From: Neodothiora populina
Lineage: Eukaryota
Direction of reading: 5' to 3'
Assembly (NCBI RefSeq): GCF_041146345.1
Contig: NW_027191417.1
Span: 434,001 to 498,000, forward strand
DNA: 64,000 nt
The position numbers and the translations under genes are program-made. Position 1 is the stretch's first letter; the number at the start of each line of letters is the position of its first letter. Positions 47,313 through 60,495 of this stretch are shown here, piece by piece. Below the pieces are notes generated by a model. That model made no database searches. It was not told where the DNA came from and saw only the letters and a list, made by a program, of their open reading frames with translations.

Positions 47313-48414
47313 TCAGATAAACACGACCGCCTTGCTCGGAGCATTGTCTTCTTGCTGCCTGGCTTGCTCGAGCTTGAACAAGAGGTGGGAAGTACGTATG
47401 TACAGTTCTGCAGCCTGGTATCAGTTCTCGCCTTCTCTCTTTTCTTCCTGGCTTGCAGAAAGAGGACTTACCCTGGAACTCAATGTGGTAGGAGACAGCG
47501 ACTTCATCTTCACTTGCTATCAAGACGGGATTGTCGCGCTTCCATTTTCTCTCCGTAACGGCACATCGGACTCCAACAGTGTGGTCGCCTTTGTTGACCC
47601 ATAGTGTTCTATCATCAGTAGACGGATGATGTGGACCTTGCGATGACTGCGGCCAACCAGGCGCCTCTCGAGCTCGCTCTTTCAGCCAATCTCGCCATAC
47701 TCGGATCATACCGTCACATACGTCCACGACCTGAGTGAACAGGCCCTGTCGCCCGATCTTGACCATGTGAGCGACGGCACATAGCTGCGTGAACAGTTCC
47801 TGTGGATCAAGACTTATCGTTTCGCCGATGAGGTCGGGCTCTCGTTCTTCACCGTCACTGGTCGAACCCTCTGCCACGGCATCGTCTGGTGGAGTGAAGG
47901 TGCGCGAACCAGGGATATCGCCGGCGGGATGTCGTCTGGTAGGCCTTCTAGGTGGCTCGGCGCGTTGAGGACGGAAGCAGGAATAGAGGTTGCCTAGACG
48001 GCCTATCTTGCCCGCGTCATCTGGAGAGGCAAGGGTCGAGTGGAGATTCGGAGTACCGAGGGATTCACAGTAGAGGCCGGTGGCGGTCAGTTTTGCACTG
48101 GGAGGGAAGGCTTCGAGGTAGAGAACATGGTCTGCCAGGCTGGCGGCTGAGGCGAGTCTGTTGTGCAGGAGGCGGACACAGAGGGCGTGGAATCGACGGG
48201 ATGTGGGAGATATATGGAGGATGGTCTTGGTGGGGAGGGGCTCGAGGATGTGGTACAACAGCTGCGTCGGGGTTGATCAGCAGCTCTTCTTCGGTGCAAT
48301 GATGATTTCAGCAATTTCAAGATGCTCTATAGCAACTCGGTCATGAACAATAAGATATACCTCATTGGGCAGGGAGTACACCCCGGCAGATGCACGATGC
48401 ATGGGAGTAGCCAT
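47313..48414 (-). CDS. F-box domain protein, 2 introns
   Basis: Exon 1 MATPMHRASAGVYSLPNE splices to LLYHILEPLPTKTILHISPTSRRFHALC (F-box). Last exon reads ELYIRTSHLL...KAVVFI*. Confidence 0.8.
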
Positions 48415-48520
48415 GTCTTAAGAGGGGAAGGGATACGGTGCTCAGAGAAGTGCAGTTCACGATGTAAATGGATCAAACACACAGTGTCGGCGCAATATAT
48501 GTCACAACTGAGTCAAAACT

Positions 48521-48550
48521 GCCTCTGCCTCTGCCTCTGCCTCTGCCTCT
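48521..48550. repeat. (GCCTCT)5 microsatellite in the F-box/SMC2 divergent promoter
   Basis: Directly visible tandem hexamer. Confidence 0.85.
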
Positions 48551-48826
48551 GTATACAATGGAATGGTTTGATCAATAATCGACATGGATGGATTCTTATC
48601 GCCTTGTGACGATGTCAATTGGGGGGAGGATCTAATCTCTTATCAGACCCTGGGCCTGTGGCAGACCTTCCCATCGGCGTTTGCGGGCTTGGCATCCTGA
48701 GGATGTGGGTAAACAAATGATTCGGAAGGTGCGCGCGCAAAGTAAATAACAAAGACGACTATTACACAACGACTCGACAACACAACTGATCCCTCGAGCG
48801 CAGTTGCTTGGTAGACACTCGCCAAT

Positions 48827-51800
48827 ATGAGAGTCATTGAGGTCATCATAGATGTACGGTCCCCATGCGCCATGACTCGATCAGGACTGACCATCAACTC
48901 TCACAGGGCTTCAAGTCGTATGCTGTGCGAACGGTGATTTCAGGATGGTGAGCCAAATCCCCTGTATGGAGCAGACAAACCATCTACTGGATATGTGCTG
49001 ACGAGTCTCAAAGGGACGAGAGCTTCAATTCCATTACTGGATTGAACGGTTCTGGAAAATCAAATATCCTCGACTCAATATGTTTTGTTTTGGGCATCAC
49101 AAACATGACCACTGTTCGCGCGCAAAACTTGCAGGTACATGGTATCATTTTGTCTGACTTTGTGCGTTATGCTGAGATTATGCGCCAATGCAGGATCTCA
49201 TCTACAAGCGCGGACAGGCTGGTGTCACCAAGGCCTCGGTGACAATCGTCTTCGACAACAAGGATAAATCTACCTCGCCCATAGGCTTCGAAGACTACCC
49301 GACGATATCAGTCACCCGCCAGATCGTATTAGGGGGAACGTCGAAATATCTCATCAATGGACACCGTGCTCAGCAGACCACTGTGCAGAACCTGTTCCAG
49401 TCTGTTCAACTGAACATCAACAACCCTAACTTCCTGATCATGCAGGGCAAGATCACAAAGGTCCTGAACATGAAGAAGGAAGAAATCTTGGGCATGGTCG
49501 AAGAAGCCGCCGGAACGAGAATGTTCGAAGATCGACGAGACAAGGCTTTCAGGACCATGGCCAAGAAGGAGATGAAGGTCCAGGAGATTGTTTCTCTTCT
49601 TCACGACGAAATCGAGCCCAAACTCGAAAAGCTCAGACAGGAGAAGCGCGCTTTTCTGGATTTCCAACAGACCCAGAATGATCTGGAGCGCCTGACCAGA
49701 CTAGTCGTTGCGCACGACTATCTCAGAAACAAGGAAAAACTCAAGTTGAGCGAACGAGACCTGCAGGAGAAATTACAACGACGGAATCACCTCGAAGCAA
49801 ATGCCGACACACTGAAAAAAGAGATCGAGTACCTCCAAGAAGACATCCAGAAGGTCAAGGCAACCAGGGACAAGGAGCTCAGGAAAGGTGGCAGATTCCA
49901 GGACCTCGAGGACCAAGTCAAGGATCATTCGCATGACATAGTACGTCTGCAGACTGTGGCCGACTTGAAAAAATCGGCATTCGCAGAAGAAGAGGCAAAC
50001 AAGGCCAAGTTCCAAGCCGCCGTCAAGGATCTAGAAAAACAACTGGGTGAGAAGAAACAATTACATGGACAGCTACAACAAAGATTCGATGCTGCCAATG
50101 CAGACCTCCACAGGCAAACCGAGGAAGTCGAGAAGAAAGAGGAACTTGTACAGAGTCTGCAGACCGGTGTCGCATCCCGAGAAGGTCAAGAGAGTGGCTA
50201 CCAGGGACAGCTACATGAAGCACGCAATCGCATCAGTGCTGCTCAGACCGAGCAGGAGCAAGCCAAGATGAAGATCACGCACATGGAGAAGCGCATCAAG
50301 GAGGATGAGCCTCGCGCCAGGAAGGCTGAGAAGGAGAATGCCACTCTGCTTAACGACCTCGAGACCCTACGATCACAAGCAAAGAAGCTCGAAGCAGATA
50401 TGACCAAGTTGGGCTTCGAGCCGGGCCGCGAGGAAGCTATGCAGCAGGAGCAGTCTCGACTCCAACAGCGCATCCGCGAACTCAGAGGACAAGCCGATGG
50501 CCTGAAGCGAAGAGTTGCAAACATCGACTTCACTTATAGTGATCCATCCCCCAATTTTGACCGCTCCAAGGTCAAGGGTCTTGTTGCTCAGCTATTTACT
50601 CTTGACAAGCAATTCACAACGGCTGGAACAGCGCTGGAGATCTGTGCAGGTGGTAGGCTATACAACGTTGTCGTTGATTCCGCGGAGACTGGCACGCAAC
50701 TTTTGCAAAAGGGAAAACTGAGGAAGAGAGTGACCATCATCCCTCTGAATAAGATCACTGCCTTTAGGGCATCGGCCGAGAAGCTTGGGGCAGCGAAGAC
50801 GCTCGCCCCAAACAAGGTCGACCTGGCGCTCAACCTCATTGGCTACGAGGACGAAGTCAGCGCTGCCATGGAGTACGTCTTTGGAACCACTCTCATCGCC
50901 GAGGACGCGGAAACAGCGAAGAAGGTCACTTTCGATGCTTCTGTGCGAATGAAGAGTGTCACACTCCAAGGTGACGTCTACGATCCATCCGGTACCTTGT
51001 CAGGAGGAAGCTCTCCCAAGAGCAGTGGCGTTCTCGTCACTCTGCAACAGCTCAATGAGATCGAGAGAGAACTCGAAATGAAGACGGAGGCTCTGCAAAG
51101 GCTTCAGACAGTCATGTTGCAGGAGAAGCAAAAGTTGGACGCTGCAAGGAAGATGAAGCAACAACTCGACCTCAAGACACACGAGATTAGTCTCGCTGAG
51201 CAACAGATCAACTCCAACTCGTCGTCTTCCATCATCCAAGCCATTGCAGACATGAAGACACAAATAACAGAGCTCAAGGCCAGTATTGTGTCGGCCAAGA
51301 CCAGACAAGACGAGTCGGCCAAAGAGGTCAAGCGCATCGAAAAGGACATGGCAGACTTCAACAACAACAAGGACAGCAAGTTGACCGAACTCCAATCTTC
51401 ACTCAACGCCCTAAAGAAGACTCTGGCCAAGAACTCTGCTGCCATCAAGCCTTTACAGCAAGAAGTCCGTGATGCAATGCTAGAAGCCGAACAGTGCGGA
51501 AGTGACTTGTCCGCCGCCCAAGAATCTCTCCAAGACGCTCTGGTGAACCTAAAGACCGCACGAGAGGAAATGCAAGCCATGGAATCGGAATGGTCCACCG
51601 TACGAAAAGCGCACGATCTCGCCCAGGCTCAACTCGAAGACGAACGCAAGAAGCTGTCTACCTTTGATGCGGAAATGGCAGACCTGGAGAAAGCAAGTCG
51701 CTCAAAGTCAGCACAGATCACCGAAGAGTCGCTAGAAGCTCAAAAGCTAGGCCATCAAGTCGATAACTTCTCAAAGCAACAACAAGCAGCCCGCCAGACC

Positions 51801-52609
51801 TTGCAAGCCATGGAAGCAGAACACGAATGGATAGCAGACGAGATCGACTCCTTCGGACGAGCAGGTACACCCTACGACTTTTCGGGTCATAACATGTCCG
51901 AAAGCAAGAAGAACCTAGCAGGTCTGAGTGATCGCTTCAACGGCATGAAGAAGAAGATCAATCCCAAAGTCATGAACATGATAGACAGCGTGGAAAAGAA
52001 GGAAGTGTCTCTCAAGAACATGATGAGAACGGTGATCAAAGACAAGAAGAAGATCGAAGACACGATTGAAAGCCTAGACGAGTACAAGAAGGAGAAGCTC
52101 TTCAAGACGTGGGAAAAAGTGAACAAGGACTTTGGCGAGATTTTCAATTTGTTACTGCCAGGCAACACGGCGAAGCTCGACCCGCCCGAAGGAGGCGATA
52201 TCAGCCAAGGTCTAGAAGTCAAAGTGTGTCTGGGCAAAGTATGGAAACAGAGTCTGACAGAACTGAGCGGAGGACAAAGGTGTGTTTACCCAACCCCCCC
52301 CCCCTTTTTTTCCTATCCCCTAAGCCCTTACTAACAAAGAACAGATCCCTAATAGCCCTCTCCCTGATCCTATCCCTACTCCAATACTCGCCAGCACCAA
52401 TGTACATCCTAGACGAAGTCGACGCCGCCCTCGATCTCTCACATACGCAAAACATCGGCCGTCTGATCAAGACGCGCTTCAAGGGCTCGCAGTTTATCGT
52501 GGTCAGTTTGAAGGACGGCATGTTTCAGAATGCGAACAGGATCTTCAGGACGCGCTTCGTCGATGGTACTAGTGTTGTGCAGGCGCTCACGGCGGCGGAT
52601 TTTAAGTAG
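48827..52609 (+). CDS. SMC2: Condensin SMC ATPase subunit Smc2, 4 introns
   Basis: GFKSY, Walker [24 protein letters not shown], hinge domain, signature LSGGQR, Walker [11 protein letters not shown]. Confidence 0.96.
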
Positions 52610-52710
52610 GAGGGCCTTTTTGGGATTCTTGTTTCTTGTTCCTGTGTCTTTATTTTTTCTTCTTGTCTCTTGTTTGGGTCTTTCTAGGCTTGGATATTAT
52701 GCTTCTATTT

Positions 52711-52762
52711 CTGGTCTTGGTCTTGGTCTTGGTCTGGTTCTGGTTCTGGTTCTGGTTTGGTC
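52711..52762. repeat. (TGGTCT/TGGTTC)n hexamer repeat in the SMC2 3' region
   Basis: ctggtcttggtcttggtcttggtctggttctggttctggttctggtttggtc. Confidence 0.75.
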
Positions 52763-53871
52763 CGTTTTGGTCGGTGGAGGGGTTTGGATTTTTGCTCTGG
52801 CTTGGGTTCACGAATGGTAGTCGTCGTCGTCTTCGGAGGGATTTCTTCATTAGTCGTGATGAATCTTCAGACTATCATCTGTATGTTACGATACTTGAGT
52901 ATTTTGCACCTTCATCATCATCAACAACAACATCAACATCACGACGGGGCCAAGAAATGAAGAAAATGAGCGGCAGAAAATGAACATTCGACCCTTTGCC
53001 TATCCTTACATATCGATTTCCATCTAGGAAAGTCCTGCCTCACCTCCCTAGTCAAGACAGCTAGACTAATTGAAAACCAAGTCGAAGCTACCTAGTTATC
53101 GCCACCTACCTTGACCATCTCACGTGCATGACATATATGCTAGAAGGGAAGTGGATCGACACACATCGACGTACAGAGAGAAAGGTGATTTGGACGGATG
53201 GTTGGTCACTCATCTCGACGACGACGATGATTGACACTCTCGCACTAAAGATCTTGTCCTGTCTATTTTGTTTATACATACATACATACCTTGTCGCGTT
53301 CGAGTCTCACACTCATCGTCTCTTTGAAATGTACTTTGCGTCACGGACAGGGTTGGGTATGAGATGGCGCGGCGAGATGGGATGAGCTTCTACATCCACA
53401 TGTTGTTCGGAACTCACACTCGTCGTTCGAGCTCCCTGTATTTACTTGGTTTGGGGATCTACTCGCTTTAGGTTATGGACAGACAGGGTTGGGTATCGAT
53501 GCGATATGGCGAGACAGAACGGGCACCTCACTGTTTGTTTTAAACTGCACAGCTCGGGTCGCATCGAGTTGGATGCAAGCATCTCTTTACACAGAATAGG
53601 CACGTTCACAGACTGGCACAGCAAATAAGGACAGAGAGATTGGTTTCAGGATGCTGATGACTTTTTTTCCCCTTTTGATTATTAATCCCCCTACTGCCGT
53701 AGGTACGATATCGATGCATGTCATGTCATTCAGGGTAAGATCCCCTAGAAGAAAAGAAACCAGAAACAGAAAAAAAACAAGGGTTGCTAATGATATGCTA
53801 TAGCCTCGATAACAAAAAAGGAGACGACCTTCGTTAACGCAGACAGACGACTTTGATTCGTGACAAAACGT

Positions 53872-56190
53872 CTACCACTCGAGGGGCTCGTCCTTCTCCT
53901 CACCCCGGTTGGTCTTGGGGACAGGAGCAGCCTTGACCTCGACGGGACCCTTGCGATCCCGGCGAAGGTAGCCGGATCCGTCCAACCAGGGCGTCTCCTG
54001 CGTCCTCCTCTTCTCGAAACGCGCGATCTTGTCGCCCTGTTGCATGGTGAGACCGATGTCGTCGAGGCCGTTGACGAGACAGTGTTTTCGGAAGGCCTCG
54101 ACGTCGAACGAGCAGATCTCGGAGCCGTCAGCGCGGTTGATCTTTTGGTTGACGAGGTCGACTTCGATCTCGCGGCCGGCGGCGGCTTCGGCGAAGACTT
54201 TGTCGAGGGTGGCGCGGTCTTCGATTCGGATGGGCAACATGCCGTTCTTGAAGGTGTTGTTGAAGAAGATGTCGCCGAAGGACTCGGCGATAATGCAGAG
54301 GATGCCGAAGTCAAGAAGGGCCCAGGGAGCGTGCTCACGGGATGAACCACATCCGAAGTTGGGTCCCTGCACAACAAGGATCTTGGCCTTGTCGTAAGGA
54401 GGCTGGTTGAGGACGAAGTCAGGGTTGTTGCTACCGTCGGGCTTGTAGCGCCAGTCGTTGAAGAGAGCACCACCGAGACCGGAACGCTTGATCGTCTTGA
54501 GGAATTGCTTGGGAATGATGGCGTCGGTGTCGACGTTGGCGCGGTCCATCGGGGCGGCGATACCCTTGAGCTGGGTGAACTTGATCATGCCAGCCGAGGC
54601 AGGTGCACCCGACTCGACGGTGTTGCCCTGCGATGTCTCGTCCAAATCCATGATCTCCTCGAGGTCTGCATCCGACTCGGGGTCCATGGCGTGGGCTGCC
54701 TCGACCTCGACCTTGTTGGGTGCCTTGCCGGTGACTTGCTCGAAACCAGCGACCTTGCGGACGTCAGCCAACTTACCAGCAAGGGCACATGCAGCGGCCA
54801 TTGCAGGCGACATCAAGTGAGTGCGGCCCTGGGCTCCCTGTCTGCCCTCAAAGTTACGGTTCGAGGTAGAAGCACAACGCTCCTTGGGCGAAAGGATATC
54901 GGGGTTCATGCCGAGACACATGGAGCAGCCTGCTTCTCTCCACTCGAAGCCAGCATCGACGAAGATCTTGTCAAGGCCTTCCTGCTCGGCCATCTCCTTG
55001 ACCAGGCCAGATCCGGGCACGATCATAGCGCGCTTGATATTTGAGGCAACCTTCTTGCCAGTGACGATCTTGGAAGCGATTCTCAAGTCTTCGATACGGG
55101 CGTTTGTGCATGATCCGATGAAGACCTTGTCGAGGGTAATGTCCTCCATCTTGGTGCCTGAAGTCAAACCCATGTACTCGAGAGCTCTCTTGCAGGCCTT
55201 CTTCTTGTCCTCCTTCTCGAAGTCATCAGGGCTGGGCACAACACCGGAAATAGGCACGACGTCCTCGGGGGAAGTTCCCCAGGAGACGGTAGGCTCGATG
55301 TCCTTGGCATCAATGAAGACATCGATATCGTACTTGGCTCCCTCGTCACTCTTCAAGCTCTTCCAGTATGCGACGGCCTTCTTCCACTCGGCGCTGTTGT
55401 ACTTGGGTGCAAGGGGCTTCCCCTTGAGGTACTCAAAGGTAATCTCGTCTGGTGCAACCATGCCTGCTCTGGCTCCACCCTCGATGGACATGTTGCAGAT
55501 GGACATTCTAGCCTCCATGGACAGACCACGAATGGCACTGCCGCAAAACTCAATAACGGCTCCGGTACCGCCGGCAGTACCGATCTGTCCAATGACGTAA
55601 AGAACGACATCCTTGCTGCTGACACCAGGAGCAAGCTGTCCGTCGACTTGCACTCTCATGTTCTTACTCCTCTTGGTGATGAGAGTCTGGGTGGCGAGGA
55701 CGTGCTCGACCTCACTGGTACCAATACCGAAAGCCAAAGCGCCAAAGGCACCGTGGGTAGAGGTGTGGGAGTCACCGCAGACAACAGTGGTGGCGGGGAG
55801 AGTGAAACCCTGCTCGGGCCCAATGATGTGGACAATTCCTTGTCTCTTGTCGCCCATACCAAAGTAGGTAAGGTTGAACTCCTTGACGTTGTCCTCCAGA
55901 GTGACACATTGTATTCTCGAGTCGGCCTCTTCGATGAAAGTACCAGCATTCTTGAAGCTCTTTCTTGATGCGGTAGGAATGTTGTGGTCGACAGTGACGA
56001 GGGTGCAGTCAGGTCTTCTCACCTTCCTGCTGGCATTTCGGAGACCTTCAAAGGCCTGTGGTGACGTGACCTCGTGCACAAGATGTCTGTCAATGTATAA
56101 CAAGACTGTGCCATCCTCCTTCTCGTCAACAATGTGGTCTTGAAAGACCTTGTCATAGAGGGTCCTAGGACCTGTGACGACGCCAGGCAT
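53872..56190 (-). CDS. LEU1: 3-isopropylmalate dehydratase (fused large and small subunits), intronless
   Basis: [62 protein letters not shown]. Confidence 0.97.
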   Translation of the reverse strand: MPGVVTGPRTLYDKVFQDHIVDEKEDGTVLLYIDRHLVHEVTSPQAFEGLRNASRKVRRPDCTLVTVDHNIPTASRKSFKNAGTFIEEADSRIQCVTLEDNVKEFNLTYFGMGDKRQGIVHIIGPEQGFTLPATTVVCGDSHTSTHGAFGALAFGIGTSEVEHVLATQTLITKRSKNMRVQVDGQLAPGVSSKDVVLYVIGQIGTAGGTGAVIEFCGSAIRGLSMEARMSICNMSIEGGARAGMVAPDEITFEYLKGKPLAPKYNSAEWKKAVAYWKSLKSDEGAKYDIDVFIDAKDIEPTVSWGTSPEDVVPISGVVPSPDDFEKEDKKKACKRALEYMGLTSGTKMEDITLDKVFIGSCTNARIEDLRIASKIVTGKKVASNIKRAMIVPGSGLVKEMAEQEGLDKIFVDAGFEWREAGCSMCLGMNPDILSPKERCASTSNRNFEGRQGAQGRTHLMSPAMAAACALAGKLADVRKVAGFEQVTGKAPNKVEVEAAHAMDPESDADLEEIMDLDETSQGNTVESGAPASAGMIKFTQLKGIAAPMDRANVDTDAIIPKQFLKTIKRSGLGGALFNDWRYKPDGSNNPDFVLNQPPYDKAKILVVQGPNFGCGSSREHAPWALLDFGILCIIAESFGDIFFNNTFKNGMLPIRIEDRATLDKVFAEAAAGREIEVDLVNQKINRADGSEICSFDVEAFRKHCLVNGLDDIGLTMQQGDKIARFEKRRTQETPWLDGSGYLRRDRKGPVEVKAAPVPKTNRGEEKDEPLEW

Positions 56191-56428
56191 TTTGCTGGTT
56201 ATTTTTTTTTTTTTTCTCTCTGTTACTGATAGAGAGTGATCAATGGGGTATATTGCAAGTGAGTAGGACTAAATGAAAACGGGACTGATGACAGAAAGTC
56301 GTTCAAGCGTGAGAAGATTGGGATATGGGAGGAAAATAGATTTTAGCAGAGACGTCTTCTCCTCCTTCCAGCAGCAGCGGAGGGGTTCGGTTTGTCTTTC
56401 TATGTCGATTTCTGTATATCAGAGGGAG

Positions 56429-56438
56429 CCGATGTCGG
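56429..56438. promoter_or_regulatory. Leu3/LeuB-type everted repeat CCG-N4-CGG in the LEU1 promoter
   Basis: CCGATGTCGG about 240 bp upstream of the LEU1 ATG. Confidence 0.65.
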
Positions 56439-56939
56439 CGGAGTGGGCGATTATTACAAACAAGTGGCGATGATTCGCTGCTCAAAAGCTACTTTGCCCC
56501 GCCTTTGACGATCGGAAGTCGCGTCAGACCTCCGGAATCGCCCTCGTAGATCTGCCAGAGAGGCATTTGTCGCACTTTGTGTCTCAGCACTAGCGCTTGT
56601 CGCCGGCTCAGAGGGTCAGCGATATCTCCACACTGTTACTCACTGCCGATACCGCCTCTGCTGCAGTGCCCGTGAGACAAACATCTACACTTTTGCTGTA
56701 CGAGACACAGTACCTGACTGCAGATCCGCTGATATCGCTGAGCAAGGTCCACCTCTCGCTCATACAACACGAAAGCCTCCTGCTGCTTTGGGTCTTTGGG
56801 GACTTGTTCACAGCGGTCCGCCATCCGATCTTCGGACATTGATACAAAAGACAACATTTGATGGAAGTAATGTGAGACCGTGTACACAAATTACCTAGTT
56901 TTTAATACCCTATCTGCCGTACAGTATGTCATGGCAGCT

Positions 56940-58500
56940 TTAAACCACATTGTAATATCGGTTATCTTGCGAAAATACGAGAAGCGCGAGACGATGGCGC
57001 ACCAACAAACCCAGTAGACCCACTACCGTCTGCATGACGACTATTTCGATGGCAAGACGGTCCTCCCTCTTGGGTCCCCTCCAAACAAGCCACAGATTGA
57101 GGATGGTGAAATTCGAGACTGACGTGACTTTTCCCTTGTCGTCCGTCTCAACGTCCACGAGGCGTATTTTGTGCAGTATCTTCAGTACCTCGCCGACAGT
57201 TGTATTCAGGGGCTTGTCGGGAGACATGACTGCCCTCGACGGTTCGAGTAAGCCATTCCGTGAATTGAATCTTGGTAGACGGTGCCTGGGACACGGTACT
57301 ATGCCAGCGAGCTGAGGCACCGAGTACACAAAGTTGAAGATTTGTGGCACAAACAAGAGCAACAACGTCTTGCTGAAGTGGCCCATGATTCCCACAACAG
57401 CAAACACCATGCCAGCAAAGTAACAGTAAGTGTCTCCAACAAACACTTTTGCAGGGAACCAGTTGTGTTTGAGCAGTGCCAAGGAGACTCCGATGAATGG
57501 TAATAGCAGGTAGACGGAAAACAAATGTGAGTCTTCTGCTGGGTGCGGGTGAGGAGCGGATGGTATCAGATAGAAGCTGTCGTTTAGCAGAAGCAATAAC
57601 CCGATGACCACCGACTGTGCCACTTCAATGCCGTTGATGCCGGCCAAGATGTTGATGCTGTTCGTGCAGAAAATGGAAATAGCAGACATGTAAAGGTAGT
57701 AGAGTGATCCTGAGCGTCTTGTTAGTCGATCTCTCTCTCGTTTCTTGAACAGAACATACCGAGGTCGACTAGCTCTCCAAGATATGGCTGCAAGGGAACC
57801 GGGACCACAACATGTGTCACTCCAAAGTCGATGAAATATAGACCGAGGATAGGGAGTGAAGCAAAAGCAGGGATGAAGAACTTGTGTCTCCATCGAATGT
57901 CGAAGAAGTCATCAATGATACCTAGAATGATCACTGTCGCAATGGTTCCGTATGCGAAGCCGTATGCAGCCAACTACTGCGCATTAGATCCACAGTAAAC
58001 ATCTTCAGCGTCCCGATGACACTGACCTTCTCAATCGGAAAGTGGTGTAAGAAACGACCGGTCTCAACTTCATGGACTTTCACAACCACATCCTTGTTTC
58101 CACCTCCTGAAGTAACGGCGACGATGTCTTGCTTGAAGGCGAATGGGAGGAAGGCGATTATACATAGCAAATATGCCAAGGCACTGACCAGACCCATCAT
58201 CTCAGGACTATTGCACAACCATCAGCACGTACATGACATAGTTGGAAAAAAGATGGTATGAACAAACATCTCAACGGCTACCTTCTTCGACATATCCTTG
58301 CCCTTCCGGCCAGCCTTCATGAATGCTTCCCCAGTCCATCTGATTATCGAGTATGTCGCGGAAAATGCTAGTCCACTCAACGCGAGCGACGCGAACAATG
58401 GTGCTCCATCTTCTCCCCAGCTCTTATACAACATGCTCAAGCAAGCCACGGAACAGGTCAGCAGTGACCACGTTTCAGTGGTATCCAATTCGCCGTTCAT
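56940..58500 (-). CDS. ALG7: UDP-GlcNAc:dolichyl-phosphate GlcNAc-1-phosphate transferase, 3 introns
   Basis: GKDMSK, PEMMG, GIIDDFFDIRWRHK, FCTNSINILAGINGIE, FVGDTYCYFAG, CPRHRLP. Confidence 0.95.
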
Positions 58501-58691
58501 GTTGTTTAATAGTATCAAAACTCGGGCGAAGCCATTAGTAGTATATTCGCCTTTTTTCCTCCCCTTGCCTCAAAGATGTAGAAGTGAAATTGATGTTATG
58601 TTTATTGCAAAGTGTCAACTTTCACATGCCATGCAATGCGTCGTGAACTCAGGGTCAGCCAGGGTCTGGATGGTTGATTAGTGCAAATCCC

Positions 58692-58698
58692 TGACTCA
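58692..58698. promoter_or_regulatory. Gcn4/CpcA-type element TGACTCA in the ALG7/SEH1 divergent promoter
   Basis: Perfect TGACTCA, with near matches at 58723-58729 and 58799-58805. Confidence 0.45.
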
Positions 58699-58948
58699 TG
58701 ATTAGATATCGATATCCATCGGCGAGTCAGCGTATATATCGTACGTCGAAGGCATCTTTCTTTCATGACACAAGACCACTTATACCATGGTAATTCATTG
58801 ACTCGAGTTGCGCTGGAGAGTTAAGCTGATATACTACCATCGATCTATATCCCGATCGTACCATCATACAAAAATCGTATTGGTCGCGTCCATACAACAT
58901 CACTGTATGACAATTCAATATTAGCTACTGAATTTCTACACATTAAAG

Positions 58949-60226
58949 ATGGAGACCGGTTTTCACCGATTCCCTCACGGTCATAATGATCTGGTACTGG
59001 CTGTTGATTACAACTTCTACGGCACTCGTATGGTGACCGCATCTTCCGATCATCGACTGAAGGTATGGGACCGTAAGGATGAGGGCTGGGTGCTCCTGGA
59101 CGTATGGAAAGCTCATGATGCGGAAGTGACTGACGTAAGTCCTCTCTACTGTCCCAAATGAATGCCTGTAATTTGAGTCGATACCTGCAAACATTGTATC
59201 TCATATGTATCGCAGGTCAAATGGAACGGTCCGTTCGTGGGTGAAATTCTTGGAAGTATCGGCGAGGATGGTAATCTACGTATCTGGCAAGAAGATGTCT
59301 TGGAAAGTCCAATGTCAGGTCGTCGCTTCAAGAGAATCTACCAGCAACTATCTCCCACCCGCGTACCTTACATGTCTCTGGATTTCAAGAATATTGGCAC
59401 AGAGACATATCTCGCTCTCATCTCGCGGGATGGCTACCTATCAATAAGCGAGCCAATTGACCATGACAACCTGTCGGACTGGAACGATTTGTGGCAAGAC
59501 TATCTATGCAAAACTCCACCAAGAAACGAGGAAACCAGCTTCAGACTATGTTGGCACCACGAGAAGTTGCCTGCCTGGCCCGCCATCCTGGCAGGTCTTG
59601 ATCGCAAGAGTCTCTCCCTGGCTGTCTCCGTCATGGATAAGGTCAAAATCTTTCGCACCGACAAGGACCGAAAGTTTTTTACTGCTGCAGAGTTCACGTC
59701 GTCAAAGAGCCTGATCAGAGATGTGGCGTGGGCCAATGGTTCCATGCGTGGGTTCGATGTAATCGCTGCGGCTAGCAAAGACGGTCACGTCAGAGTATAC
59801 GAGCTCCACACACCTGGTGCATCAGACTTACCGACAGAGACGCATGAGAATGGTCATACGGATGACACCACTCCTGTAAAGTTATCTAAAGCATCAGTTG
59901 CACGTCAAGCAAAATCTGGTATAGGCGCTGGCTTGGCTGGGCAGACTCGTGGTGGGCGGAATGAGGAAGACGGTAGACCGGGTAAGGTCACCCAGGAAGC
60001 GAAGCTCGTCAAGGAACTTCCTGCTCATGAAGGAGCGGCATGGCGGGTCGCATTCTCGCAATCAGGTAATACATTGCCATGTAAGCATGAACTAATATAT
60101 ACTGACTTTTCTCCAGGTGATCTACTGGTGTCTACTGGAGACGATGGTCTCGTGCAAGTGTGGAAAAAGGGCATAAATGACCAATGGCTCCAGTATGCGG
60201 AGATCGACGCGACGATCGAGACATAG
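58949..60226 (+). CDS. SEH1: WD40 nucleoporin / SEA-GATOR2 subunit Seh1, 2 introns
   Basis: GHNDLVLAVDYNFYGTRMVTASSDHRLKVWD, WKAHDAEV, IRDVAWANGSMRGFDVIA, LVSTGDDG. Confidence 0.88.
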
Positions 60227-60495
60227 GAATGCTGTCAAGGAAGGCACACCTGACTGACGACACGCGTTGTTGTTCAGCCAACGAATCTCCATTCCGCATC
60301 GCAAAACAGACTCCTTTGCCGTGATTATGGAGCGACCGCCAGAGTATCTTCTTGACGGCTTTTGGATGCCCTCGCATTACTTATTGGCCAGTATCTGCTA
60401 ATTCGTCCAACCCGACACCTGGACGCCAGCCTACCACAACTGTCCATCAAATTCGATCACTCATAGAGACCTTGTACCATCTCTGATCTCGAGAG

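Noticed and set aside
52854..52945. 9-bp inverted repeat GTCGTGATG/CATCACGAC with a box C-like GTGATGA
   Set aside because: No terminal box D (CTGA), and one arm is embedded in a CAT/CAA microsatellite.
53787..56143. Long antisense and alternate-frame ORFs over LEU1 (similar ones over AAT, SMC2, TOP3)
   Set aside because: Shadow ORFs caused by strong codon bias of the real genes.
20627..60226. HIS2, AAT, LEU1, FKBP12 and SEH1 as an amino-acid/TOR supercluster
   Set aside because: Spread over 40 kb and interleaved with unrelated housekeeping genes; consistent with chance.
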